Shown: positions 53,211 to 62,292 of the stretch, piece by piece | Position numbering within the stretch: the first letter of the stretch is position 1 | Layout: each line of letters begins with the position of its first letter | NCBI GenBank assembly: GCA_964481025.1 | Contig: CAYZSH010000001.1 | Coordinates: forward strand, 2,714 to 66,713 | Direction: 5' to 3' | DNA: 64,000 bases | Source: an uncultured Isosphaeraceae bacterium | GTDB taxonomy: Bacteria; Planctomycetota; Phycisphaerae; Phycisphaerales; SM1A02 | Notes under the pieces: generated by a model | The model's database searches: none | What the model was told of the DNA's origin: nothing | Seen by the model: the letters and a program-made list of their open reading frames with translations, nothing else | Program-made: the position numbers and the translations under genes

Positions 53211-53250
53211 ACACGCCCCGCCGACCCTTTGGTCGGCGGGGCGTGTTCTT
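53211..53250 (+). terminator. Rho-independent terminator after the DUF1080 gene (shared with the convergent PEP-CTERM gene)
   Basis: 16-bp perfect stem (53211-53226 pairs with 53231-53246) with a CUUU loop, followed by UCUUCAC. Confidence 0.6.
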
Positions 53251-53274
53251 CACACGTGGAGATGTCGTGGCCGC

Positions 53275-54108
53275 TCAGCGACGGCGACGACGGCCGGCGA
53301 GACCCAGACCGCCGAGGGCCGCGAGGCCACCGACGCCCGGCACGGCCGGTGCCTGCAGGCTCGAGATCGTGATGCTGTTGGTGGCGACGATGCCGGTCGG
53401 ATCGATGTCGTACGGGCCACCGCCATCGAAGGCCTTGAGCGAGATCGAGACGGAATAGTCACCGATAGTGTTCGCGTCGAAACCCGCCGCCGCGAAGAAG
53501 TCGTAGCCGAACTGCCAGCTCGCGGAGTTCAGACCACCATTCGCACCGTCATAGGCGTCGAGCTCGAAGGCGACGGAGGGCGACGCGTCGCCGGGCTTCG
53601 AGAACGCGTAGATGATCTCGTACTGACCGGCCGAGGTGATCTCGGCACCGTCGACCAGCACCGCCCACGAGAAGCCCCACTTGAACTGCCGCGGGTTGGA
53701 CGGATCGTCCCAACTTGCGACCTGATCACCGACGCCGTTCACGCCGTAGTAGGTGCCCGTACCGTTGTTGTAGAGGTGGTTCGAGTTCTCGCCCGGCACG
53801 TCGATCGAACCGTCACCCCCAGTACGCGGGTCGGTGCCGTCGGTCGGCATCGCCTGACGATACGACTGCGCCTTGAGGCCGATGGTGAAGACCGTGCTTC
53901 CGATGGCCGTATTGTTGGTCCAGAAGCCCGAGTTTCCGACGCCGACGGTGCCCGCGATCAGGTCGTAGTTGACGTTGGTGAGCGAGCCGGCGTCGGCACC
54001 CCACGCAAGATCGCCATAGGTCGTGAACGAGTCGTAGGTGCCGCCCATCGCCGATGTGGCGACGCCGGTCGCGGCGATGGCCGCGCAGAACACTGGACGC
54101 ATGTGCAT
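53275..54108 (-). CDS. PEP-CTERM sorting-domain secreted protein
   Basis: 277 aa with a signal peptide (MRPVFCAAIAATGVATSAMG). The C-terminus is VPGVGGLAALGGLGLAGRRRRR. Confidence 0.75.
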   Translation of the reverse strand: MHMRPVFCAAIAATGVATSAMGGTYDSFTTYGDLAWGADAGSLTNVNYDLIAGTVGVGNSGFWTNNTAIGSTVFTIGLKAQSYRQAMPTDGTDPRTGGDGSIDVPGENSNHLYNNGTGTYYGVNGVGDQVASWDDPSNPRQFKWGFSWAVLVDGAEITSAGQYEIIYAFSKPGDASPSVAFELDAYDGANGGLNSASWQFGYDFFAAAGFDANTIGDYSVSISLKAFDGGGPYDIDPTGIVATNSITISSLQAPAVPGVGGLAALGGLGLAGRRRRR

Positions 54109-54260
54109 CTCCTTCTAGAGAGCAGGTTTGGGAACGCCGTGCGGGAACACGACGAGGGAACGATCCTTGTCTCCAAGGACGCTCGCAGCGTAGCCACTGA
54201 CGTCTTCCGAACCAACGGAATTCCGGCAAGTTGGAGAAATCGGGAGGACCAGCCAAGACA

Positions 54261-54292
54261 CGACGCCCGCCCTCGGTCGAGGGCGGGCGTCG
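54261..54292 (-). terminator. GC-rich hairpin downstream of fliA
   Basis: Inverted repeat cgacgcccgccctcg / cgagggcgggcgtcg, 56 nt after the fliA stop, with a weak U-tract (UGUCUUGG) on the minus strand. Confidence 0.45.
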
Positions 54293-54347
54293 GGATTCCT
54301 GCATGGCCGGGGTCGCGGGAGCGGTCGAGCGACTCCGGACGGTTGAC

Positions 54348-55400
54348 TCAGAACTCGCGTTCGCGATGCTGCATCTGGGCCTTGAGACGGGCCAGGATCG
54401 AGGAGTGCATCTGGCTGACGCGGCTCTCGGAGAGATCGAGGGTGAGCCCGATCTCCTTCATCGTCATCTCCTCGTAGTAGTAGAGGATGACGATCAGCCG
54501 CTCGGCACGGGAGAGCCCCTTGGTCAGCAGCGACTGGAGGTCCTGACGCTGGACGGTGGTGAGCGGGTTCTCCTGACGCGTGTCCTTGACGACGTCGATC
54601 TCGCGGACGTCCTTGCTGGAGTCGGTCTCGAACCACTTGCGGTTCAGGGAGACCTGACTGACCGGACGCGAGTCGCGCTTGAGCTTGCGGTACTCCTCGG
54701 GGGAGAGCTGCAGTCGATCGGCGATCTCGTCGTCGCCCGCGGCGCGACCGGTCTCCATCTCGATCTGCTTGCGGGTCGACTCGAACTTCGCGGTCCGGGA
54801 CCGGACGAGTCGCGGCACCCAGTCCATCGATCGAAGCTCGTCGAAGATCGCGCCGCGGATCCGCTGCGTGCAGTACGTCTCGAACTTGACGTTGCGATCC
54901 GGGTCGTACGCGTTGATCGCGTCCATCAGTCCGAAGGTGCCCGCCGACATCAGGTCGTTGGTGTCCACCTCGCTCGGAAGCCGCATCGCCATCCGCTCGG
55001 CGGTGAACCGCACGAGGTCGTGGTACTTCTCCATGAGGAAGTTGCGGATGTCGAGGGTCGGCTCGACCCGGTACATCGCCCAGATCTCCTCGATCGCGAT
55101 CTCGGACAACTCGCGATCGGTCGCCTGACTGCGAGCGCCCTTCGTTCCGCTGCGGCTCGCCGATCGCTCGCGACGCGGCGCCGGCGTCTTCTCGACCGAC
55201 TCGAGCTCGGGCGCGGCCGCCTCGACCTCGACCGGCTCCGCGGCCGCGACGGACTTCCTCGGCTTCGCAGCCGCGGTCGTCTTGCTCTTGGTGGTCTTCG
55301 TATTGCGGGCAGGCTTTTCGCCCGCCGCGCCCGTCTTGGTGCCGCTCTTGGCGGCGGTTGACTTCGCGCCCGTCTTGGGCGCCATCGTTCGGGTCGTCAT
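54348..55400 (-). CDS. fliA: Flagellar sigma factor FliA (sigma-28) with basic N-terminal extension
   Basis: Start at ATG 55400 (MTTRTMAPKTGAK). Region 2 (YHDLVRFTAERM..DLMSAGTFGLMDAINAYD..FETYCTQRIRGAIFDELR) and region 4.2 (LSRAERLIVILYYYEEMTMKEIGLTLDLSESRVSQMHSSILARLK) are typical of FliA. The gene lies downstream of flhF-flhG. Confidence 0.88.
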   Translation of the reverse strand: MTTRTMAPKTGAKSTAAKSGTKTGAAGEKPARNTKTTKSKTTAAAKPRKSVAAAEPVEVEAAAPELESVEKTPAPRRERSASRSGTKGARSQATDRELSEIAIEEIWAMYRVEPTLDIRNFLMEKYHDLVRFTAERMAMRLPSEVDTNDLMSAGTFGLMDAINAYDPDRNVKFETYCTQRIRGAIFDELRSMDWVPRLVRSRTAKFESTRKQIEMETGRAAGDDEIADRLQLSPEEYRKLKRDSRPVSQVSLNRKWFETDSSKDVREIDVVKDTRQENPLTTVQRQDLQSLLTKGLSRAERLIVILYYYEEMTMKEIGLTLDLSESRVSQMHSSILARLKAQMQHREREF

Positions 55401-55676
55401 CGGTCCGCTCCTTGACCTTGACCTTGGAACATCTGATCCGAACTCCGCAGGGCGGACTCGGTCAGCTCTGAAGGACGCTGCCGACCATGGCAACGCCCGC
55501 TGTCAGACCACCGATCCGAACGGACTCGGTGCATCGTCGTCATCGTCGATCCTTGACGAGTGACGTCCGGAGTATACGGCGACGTTTTCGGACGCGCCAA
55601 CCCCGAAGGCATCCACCATTCGTCAACTGAACAGGTTTCATTCGAGCAGACCGAAGGCGACAGGACCCGACCCGGA

Positions 55677-56024
55677 TCACGCGGCGAGCGTCGCGTCTCC
55701 GGATCCGACCGTCGAACCATCCGATTCGAGATCGTCCTCGTCAATGATCTCGACGTCATCTCCGGCACCTCCCGGGTACGAGTCGAGTTCGACGGCCCTC
55801 AAGGCCTCGGCGTCGGCCTGTTCCCGGAACAGTCGTTCCAGAACAACGCCGGCGACCAGGCCGATCGGCCAGCCGACCAGCATGACGCCCAACGAACGCG
55901 CAAGAATCGCGCCCGCAGGATTGTCCACTGCGACCCCCGCCAGCACCGATACCGCGAAGCAGACCACGGCCGTGCAGCAGGCCGTGGGGATCGCGATCGA
56001 GATGCGAGGTGAGGTGGTGTCCAT
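55677..56024 (-). CDS. Small membrane protein with acidic C-terminal tail (115 aa), between flhG and fliA
   Basis: Two predicted TM segments (ISIAIPTACCTAVVCFAVSVLAGVAV and GVMLVGWPIGLVAGVVL), then the tail DDVEIIDEDDLESDGS. It is co-directional with the flagellar genes. I recognised no family. Confidence 0.5.
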   Translation of the reverse strand: MDTTSPRISIAIPTACCTAVVCFAVSVLAGVAVDNPAGAILARSLGVMLVGWPIGLVAGVVLERLFREQADAEALRAVELDSYPGGAGDDVEIIDEDDLESDGSTVGSGDATLAA

Positions 56025-56082
56025 GCCGTTCCATCATCGGTTCCGGCCGCGTCCCCACGCGAGAGACGGCCGTCCGTGGGCG

Positions 56083-57102
56083 TCAGTCGCGGGCGAAGGT
56101 GCGAAGCAGTCCAGCAAGAAAACCTCGCCGCGGCTCCGACCTCTCGCGCCTTGGACGATCCTCCACCAGACTCTGGGCGATCGTGCGGATCGCAACGGTC
56201 GCGCGGGCGTCCGGCGAGATCAATGACAGCGGCTTCCGTCGCTTGACCGCCCCCACCACCGAGAAGTCGAACGGCACGATGCCCGCCAGCGGGATCGCCC
56301 GCCCGAGGTGCCGGCGAGCGACCGAATCCATGCGCTCGTGAACGGCGAGCCCCTCGTCCTCGCTGCCCGCCATGTTGACGATCAGCGAGAGATCGAGATC
56401 GGGACGACGAGCGAGAATGGCCTTCGCCGCCGCGTACGCGTCGGTCATGGCGGTCGGTTCAGGCGTGCAGGTCAGCAGGACCGAATCGGCGGCACTGGCG
56501 AACCCGATGGCGTCGGCGGCGATCCCCGCCCCGACGTCGATGACCAGCAGATCGACGGCCTTCTCCAGTGCGACGAGCTGCTCGACCAGCAACTGCCGTT
56601 GGGTGGCGTGCAGCGTCGCGATCTCGGTGACTCCGCTGGCGCCGGGAACCAGGCCGACACCGCCCCGCCCTCGGATGCCGGGAACCCGAACCATGATCTC
56701 GGCGAGACGACGGCGACCGTGCACCACGTCGGCCAGGGTCGAGCGGATCGGGATTCCGCAGAGCACGTCGGCGTTCGCGCACCCGAGGTCGGCGTCGAAG
56801 AGCGCGATGCGGCGGCCGAGCTTCGCGAGCTCGATCGAGAGGTTCAAAGCGAGGTTCGACTTCCCGACCCCGCCCTTGCCGCTCGCGACCGCGATGGCCC
56901 TCGCAAGCCGCGGCGATTCGAGCCGAGGCCCGGATCGCTGCGTGGTCGGTCCGAAACTGACCCGGCCGCGGCGCTCCGAGTCGACCCGGTCGGCGGGCGC
57001 CGGTCCGATGCTCGCTCGCGGCGTGGCGACCTCCGCCGCCTTCGACGGCTCGACGCCCGATTCCTTCAACAGATTCCGCAGGATCGAGGCCTGATCGTTC
57101 AT
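56083..57102 (-). CDS. flhG: Flagellar number regulator FlhG (MinD/ParA-type ATPase)
   Basis: Start ATG 57102 overlaps the flhF stop (ATGA). Deviant Walker A is VASGKGGVGKSNLALNL, followed by DADLG and VIDVGAG. The upstream part of track ORF 56083..57468 overlaps flhF. Confidence 0.88.
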   Translation of the reverse strand: MNDQASILRNLLKESGVEPSKAAEVATPRASIGPAPADRVDSERRGRVSFGPTTQRSGPRLESPRLARAIAVASGKGGVGKSNLALNLSIELAKLGRRIALFDADLGCANADVLCGIPIRSTLADVVHGRRRLAEIMVRVPGIRGRGGVGLVPGASGVTEIATLHATQRQLLVEQLVALEKAVDLLVIDVGAGIAADAIGFASAADSVLLTCTPEPTAMTDAYAAAKAILARRPDLDLSLIVNMAGSEDEGLAVHERMDSVARRHLGRAIPLAGIVPFDFSVVGAVKRRKPLSLISPDARATVAIRTIAQSLVEDRPRRERSEPRRGFLAGLLRTFARD

Positions 57103-58838
57103 GCCCGCACCGCCCCGCCGAGGACGAGGTCCGCAAGACGCGACCCGGTCGCCCGCTCGATGTCGCGGGGCACTTCCTGCCCGGTGGTCATCCAGCTGAT
57201 TCGGCGGCCGATGCGACGCACGACCGAGACGAGCATGCCGAACGCGACGGCCTCGTCGAGCTTGGTGAGGACGACCCGGTCGGGGCCGAGCGACGAGAAC
57301 GCCTCCGCCTCCCGCAGGAGCACGCGCTCGGAGGCCGTGCCGGAGAGCACGAGATGCGTCTCGTGCGGTCGCGCCGCGTCGACGATGGCGCGGAGTTCCG
57401 CGAGTCGATCGGTGTCGTTCTGACTGCGGCCGGGGGTGTCGATGAGGATCGCATCCACGTCGCCGCATCGGGCGATCGCCGCCCGCATCGACGATGGATC
57501 GCCCGCCACCTCGATCCGTGCCCCGAGGATGTCCGCGTAGGTCCGCAACTGATCGACCGCGGAGATGCGATAGGTGTCGGCGGTGACCAGAGCGACCCGC
57601 AGCTTGTCGCGAAGCACGAGGGTCGCCGCGATCTTCGCGAGGGTCGTGGTCTTGCCGACCCCGGTGGGGCCGACGAAGGCGATCGTGCGCGGTCGTCCGT
57701 CGCGCGGACGAGCGGTCTCCAGCGACTCCGCGGTCGGAACGAGATCGGCGATCTCCTCCATCATCGCGGCCCGGACCCGGTCGGGGTTCCGCCGCGCCTC
57801 GTCATCGAGCCCCGACTCGATCGAAGCGACCACCCGATCCGCCAGATCCCGGGAGAGTTCCTGCGCGACGAGCGACGCGTACGCCGCGGCAAGCGGGTCG
57901 GCTCCCGGATCGCTCGAACGCTCGCTCGACGCATCCGATGCACCGCCGCCGTCCAGTGCCAGGCCGCCGTCGGCGAGGACCCGCCCCACCGTGCGACGAA
58001 TCGCGTCGAGTTCGGAGGTCACCGAGGCGGAGGATGGTGCGGACGGCGGTGCGGACGGTGCCGTCTCGGACGTCGCGGGCCGAACCGTCACCGGCGTGGC
58101 GACCGGGATGCCGGTACCCGGGTCGGCGACGAGTCGCTCGGTGTCGATCGCCACCACTCGCGGCGCCGGCTCCGGGCGTGCGGTCGGCACGGCATCCTCG
58201 GCGATCAGTTCGCCATCGGCACCGATGATGAATCGCCCGAGTCCCGTGGCCGGTCGCGACACGGTCGGCGCGGCGGGCCGAGCGGGAGCCTCGATCGGCG
58301 CGGGCTCGGCGCCACCGATGAGATCATCGGGCCCCAGCACGCCGGCGGCCTTGCGAGCCGCCTGCTGCCGTTCGAGTCTGATCGCCATCGCCTGCGCGAG
58401 CTTCCGGGTGCGGTCGCGATCGACCTCGAGGGAGCCGCTGCTCAACCGGCCGGCCTCGTCGGATGACGCATCGGACGATGTCCGGGCGGCCATCGACGCC
58501 GCGCCGTAGGCCGCCCGGGCGCGGGCCCCGGCGATCTGGCGTGAGGGCGTGTCAGCACGATCCTCGATGGCATTGGAGGCCGATTCGGTCTCGCGAACGG
58601 CGGAAGGCAGGATCGTCGTCTCGGGTCGCTGCTCGGAGGCGATGACCTCCACGACCTCGCGACCGCCGAGTCCGAGGAATCCGCCCCTCTTGAAGGTTCG
58701 CGTATGAAGGATGGCGGCGCCGGTCCCGAGGTCCTCGTGGACCGCATCGAGCGCTTCGGCAAGCGTGAAAGCTCTGAAGGTCTTGAGTCGCACGCGGTCG
58801 CCCTCCTGGCGGTTCGGTGCTCGCGACACGCGGGTCAC
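57099..58838 (-). CDS. flhF: Flagellar biosynthesis GTPase FlhF (SRP-type)
   Basis: 579 aa with an N-terminal B-domain start (RLKTFRAFTLAEALDAVHEDLG), a long low-complexity linker, and an NG domain with FVGPTGVGKTTTLAKIA, DTPGRS, and LTKLDE. The exact start is uncertain. Confidence 0.88.
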   Translation of the reverse strand: MTRVSRAPNRQEGDRVRLKTFRAFTLAEALDAVHEDLGTGAAILHTRTFKRGGFLGLGGREVVEVIASEQRPETTILPSAVRETESASNAIEDRADTPSRQIAGARARAAYGAASMAARTSSDASSDEAGRLSSGSLEVDRDRTRKLAQAMAIRLERQQAARKAAGVLGPDDLIGGAEPAPIEAPARPAAPTVSRPATGLGRFIIGADGELIAEDAVPTARPEPAPRVVAIDTERLVADPGTGIPVATPVTVRPATSETAPSAPPSAPSSASVTSELDAIRRTVGRVLADGGLALDGGGASDASSERSSDPGADPLAAAYASLVAQELSRDLADRVVASIESGLDDEARRNPDRVRAAMMEEIADLVPTAESLETARPRDGRPRTIAFVGPTGVGKTTTLAKIAATLVLRDKLRVALVTADTYRISAVDQLRTYADILGARIEVAGDPSSMRAAIARCGDVDAILIDTPGRSQNDTDRLAELRAIVDAARPHETHLVLSGTASERVLLREAEAFSSLGPDRVVLTKLDEAVAFGMLVSVVRRIGRRISWMTTGQEVPRDIERATGSRLADLVLGGAVRA

Positions 58839-59038
58839 GAGGCCGGTCGGAATCGCCGGATCCTCCGGCGGCGGGTTCGACGTCGTCTCAGGGTCGTTCC
58901 GGCGTCGTCACCGCGACAACCGCCGACCCGGGTCGGGTCTTTCGGCCGGTTGCCCGGCCGAGCCAGCCCGATCCCGCTCTCGGCCTCGTCGCGTCCGGCG
59001 ACGCGGAAACCCGGGGGTCCGCTTCCGGTCCGACCGTC

Positions 59039-61207
59039 TCAGACGGCGCCGACCGGGGTGCCCGCCCGCGACGAGGTCGCGTTGGACGCCCCTGACGGCA
59101 ACTGCACGAGGCCGACCGACTGCACGTCGAAGCCGTCGGCGAGCTCGTTGTAGCCGAGAACCACGACCCCCGCAAGGTGCGGCTGCAGGATCTGACGCAG
59201 GGGCGCCCGGACCGTGGGCGAACTGACCACGATGATCTGGCGTCCCGCGTCGCTCAACGGACGGGCCGCCTCGGCGACCGCCCGCGCGACCTCCCCGGCG
59301 AGGCGGGCGGGGACGGCGACGGTCGTCCCGGCGGCGCCCCGATCGACGTGGGCGCCGAGGCGCTCCTCGACGTCGGGGTCCATCGTGACCACGTGCATCC
59401 GCGGACGGCCGGAATCGTCGAGCTCGGCATGTGCGGTGCAGATCGACCGCCGGAGGGCGTGGCGCACGTACTCGACCAGCACGTCCGCGTCGCGGGTGTG
59501 CGTGCTCCAGTCGCCGAGCGTCTCGATGATCGTCTCCAGATCGCGGATCGAGACGCCCTCGCGAAGCAGTGACTGGAGGACCTTCTGGATCTCCCCGATC
59601 TTGAGCTGCGAGGGAACGACCTCCTCGACGAGCCTCGGCGCCTTCTCCTTGAGTTGATCGACGAGCAGCGAGACCTCCTCGCGGGAGAGCAGCTCGTCGG
59701 CATGTCGTCGCACGACCTCGGTGAGGTGCGTGGACATGACCGAGCTGGGATCGACGACGGTGTAGTTCTGCACCTCCGCGCGGTGCCGCAGCGCCGGGTC
59801 GATCCAGATCGCATCGAGTCCGAACGCGGGCTCCTTTCCGACGATGCCCTGCAACGTGCCCGTCGCCAGTCCGGAGTCCATCGCCATCAGCAGGTCGGCG
59901 TGCACGTCGCCTTCCGCGACGACGGCACCGCGGATCTTGAGGCGATAGTGCTCGGGCGGGATGTTCATGTTGTCGCGAATGCGGACCGGCGGCATCACGA
60001 GGCCCAGATCCTGGGCCAGCTCCTCGCGAATGCGGGCGATCCGGGCAAGGAGGTCGCCGCCGTTGGCCTGATCGACCATCCGGACCAGCCCGTAGCCGAG
60101 CTCGAGCTCCAGCATGTCCACCGAGAGCAGCGACTCGACCGGCTTGGGCTGAACCCGCTCGGCCTCGGCCTCGCGACGGGCCTCGTCCTCGCGCCGCCCC
60201 GCCGCCGCGGCGGTGGCCTTGCGCATCGACCAGCCGATGCCGCCGGTCGTGAGTCCGGCGAGCAGCAGCGGAACGGTCGGAAGCGGCGTGAGCGCGAGCA
60301 TCCCGAGGAAGCCGCTGATCAGGAACAGCGCCGTCGGCTGCGACGCGAGCTGCGCCGGGATCTCCATGCCGATGTTCGAGCCCCCGCCCGCCCGGGCCAC
60401 GATGAGACCGGCCGCGATCGCCACGATGAACGCCGGGATCTGCGAGACCAGTCCGTCGCCGATCGAGAGCATGCCGAAGATCTGGATGGCCTGCGTCGCG
60501 GTGTAGTCGTGCATCAACATGGCGATCGCGAGACCGCCGAGGATGTTGACCGCGGTGATGATGATGCCCGCGATGGCGTCGCCGCGGACGAACTTCGATG
60601 CACCGTCCATCGCGCCGTAGAAGTCCGCCTCGCGGGTGACCTCTTCACGACGGGACCGCGCCTGCTCCTCGGTGAGGAGTCCCGCGGAGAGGTCGGCGTC
60701 GATCGCCATCTGCTTGCCGGGCATCGCGTCGAGCGTGAACCTCGCCGCGACCTCGGACATGCGGGTCGCACCCTTGGTGATCACGACGAACTGCACGATG
60801 ATCAGGATCAGGAAGATGATGGCGCCGATGACGGGATTGCTTCCGGCGACGAAGCCCGCGAACGCCTCGATCACCTCACCCGCCGCGGTGGACGCCTCGC
60901 CGGGCGGCAGTTCACCCGCGGCCAGGATGAGCCTGGTCGATGCGATGTTGAGCACGAGCCGGAAGAGCGTGGTCGCCAGCAGCAGCGCCGGGAACACGCT
61001 GAAGTCGAGGGGCCGCGTCATGTAGATCGTGGTGAGCAGCACGATCGCGGCGAGCGCGATGTTGGCGCTGATGAGCACGTCCATCGCCAGCGGCGGAAGC
61101 GGGACGACCAGCACGCCGATGAGCGCGAGGAACCCGATCGGCACGATCAGGTGCCGATGGGCCGCGATTCGGTGGAGGATGGCGGGCAGGTCGCCGGAGG
61201 TGGCCAT
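59039..61207 (-). CDS. flhA: Flagellar export apparatus protein FlhA
   Basis: 722 aa with FPALLLATTLFRLVLNIASTRLIL, GAMDGASKFVRGDAIAGIIIT, and a C-terminal cytoplasmic domain. Confidence 0.97.
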   Translation of the reverse strand: MATSGDLPAILHRIAAHRHLIVPIGFLALIGVLVVPLPPLAMDVLISANIALAAIVLLTTIYMTRPLDFSVFPALLLATTLFRLVLNIASTRLILAAGELPPGEASTAAGEVIEAFAGFVAGSNPVIGAIIFLILIIVQFVVITKGATRMSEVAARFTLDAMPGKQMAIDADLSAGLLTEEQARSRREEVTREADFYGAMDGASKFVRGDAIAGIIITAVNILGGLAIAMLMHDYTATQAIQIFGMLSIGDGLVSQIPAFIVAIAAGLIVARAGGGSNIGMEIPAQLASQPTALFLISGFLGMLALTPLPTVPLLLAGLTTGGIGWSMRKATAAAAGRREDEARREAEAERVQPKPVESLLSVDMLELELGYGLVRMVDQANGGDLLARIARIREELAQDLGLVMPPVRIRDNMNIPPEHYRLKIRGAVVAEGDVHADLLMAMDSGLATGTLQGIVGKEPAFGLDAIWIDPALRHRAEVQNYTVVDPSSVMSTHLTEVVRRHADELLSREEVSLLVDQLKEKAPRLVEEVVPSQLKIGEIQKVLQSLLREGVSIRDLETIIETLGDWSTHTRDADVLVEYVRHALRRSICTAHAELDDSGRPRMHVVTMDPDVEERLGAHVDRGAAGTTVAVPARLAGEVARAVAEAARPLSDAGRQIIVVSSPTVRAPLRQILQPHLAGVVVLGYNELADGFDVQSVGLVQLPSGASNATSSRAGTPVGAV

Positions 61208-61232
61208 GGTGGTTTCCGAGGGGAGAAGGCGG

Positions 61233-62291
61233 TCAGGCCGCGCGTCCGTTCATGCGGTAGACGAAGGCGAGCACTTCCGCGACCGCCGCGTACGACTCCG
61301 GCGGGATCGGCTCACCGGTCTTCACGGTGCGGTGGAGCAGCCGGGCCAGCGGCTTCCGCTCGACGATGGGGATCCCGTGCTGGGCCGCGATCCGCCGGAT
61401 CCGCAGCGCGAGGTGATCGACGCCGATCGCCACCACCACCGGAGCGTGCATCTTCGCCTCGTCGTACTTGATCGCGACCGAGATGTGCTCGGGGTTGGTG
61501 ACGATCACGTCGGCGGTCGGAACGGTCTTCGTGATCCGTTGCATCGCCATCTGACGCGCCATCTGGAGTCGCTTCTGCTTGACCTTCGGATCGCCCTCGG
61601 ACTCCTTGAACTCCTCGCGAACCTCCTGCTTGGTCATGCGGTGGTCCTTCTGATGCTTCCACCGCTGGAAGGCGTAGTCGAGGATCGCGAGGATCAGCAA
61701 CGCCAGCGCGATCATCGCGGCGAGCTCGAGCATCAGGCGGCCGATGACCGCGAACCCGGCGACCGCGGAACCCTCCGGAAGCACCACGAGGACGTCGTGC
61801 ATCCGCCAGGACACCACCCCCGCCACGCCCAGGGCGACCGTGGTCTTGCCGAGATCGAGTCCGCCCTTCACGAGAGTCTGAATGCCCAGAAGACGCTTGA
61901 TGCCGTTGAGCGGATTCAACTTGTCGAGCTTGGGTTCGAGCGGCTTCGCCGTCACCAGCACGCCCACCTGCCAGAGATGACCGAGATACGCGGCGAGCCA
62001 GCCCGCCAGCACCAGCGGCGCCAGCGTCGCCACGCCGATGAACGCGGCCGACCGGAGTCCGGTCGTGGCCTCGGCGACCGCCGGCTCCCCCGATCGCTCG
62101 ATGCCGAACGCCACGAGCACGCCGAGGCGATCGAGCGTCGGCGCCGCGAGCACCCAGAGGATCACGGTGGCGCAGGTCAGCAGCAACGCGGACGCGAGGT
62201 CGGTGCTGCGCGGAATCCTGCCCTCCTCGCGTGCCCTCGAGAGCTTGCGCGGCGTGGCGTCCTCGGTCTTCTCGCCCAGATCCTCGGCCAT
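61233..62291 (-). CDS. flhB: Flagellar export apparatus protein FlhB
   Basis: 352 aa with GEKTEDATPRKLSRAREEGRIPRS, MTKQEVREEFKESEGDPKVK, and the autocleavage motif as NPEH (61485-61496). Confidence 0.95.
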   Translation of the reverse strand: MAEDLGEKTEDATPRKLSRAREEGRIPRSTDLASALLLTCATVILWVLAAPTLDRLGVLVAFGIERSGEPAVAEATTGLRSAAFIGVATLAPLVLAGWLAAYLGHLWQVGVLVTAKPLEPKLDKLNPLNGIKRLLGIQTLVKGGLDLGKTTVALGVAGVVSWRMHDVLVVLPEGSAVAGFAVIGRLMLELAAMIALALLILAILDYAFQRWKHQKDHRMTKQEVREEFKESEGDPKVKQKRLQMARQMAMQRITKTVPTADVIVTNPEHISVAIKYDEAKMHAPVVVAIGVDHLALRIRRIAAQHGIPIVERKPLARLLHRTVKTGEPIPPESYAAVAEVLAFVYRMNGRAA

Positions 62292-62292
62292 G

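Noticed and set aside
50452-53253. 933-aa minus-strand ORF
   Set aside because: It is antisense to the CoA-transferase B and double-DUF1080 genes and runs through a repeat arm. Its composition is Arg/Asp/Gly-rich junk. The same reasoning rejects 27873..29873, 37871..39799, 40078..41646, 44944..47067, 48412..50040, 34986..36509, 5520..6953, 7568..9115 and similar long antisense ORFs.
56083-57468. 461-aa version of FlhG, and 6953..8926 as a 657-aa coiled-coil protein
   Set aside because: In both cases the upstream extension overlaps the conserved C-terminus of the preceding gene (flhF and gspE respectively) in another frame and is Arg/Pro-rich. Internal ATGs (57102, overlapping the flhF stop as ATGA, and 7556, directly before a TM helix) give canonical N-termini.
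61485-61496. FlhB autocleavage motif reads NPEH instead of NPTH
   Set aside because: The Asn-Pro scissile pair and the His are intact. To my recollection, Thr-to-Glu variants occur in other FlhB orthologues. I did not consider it unusual enough to report.
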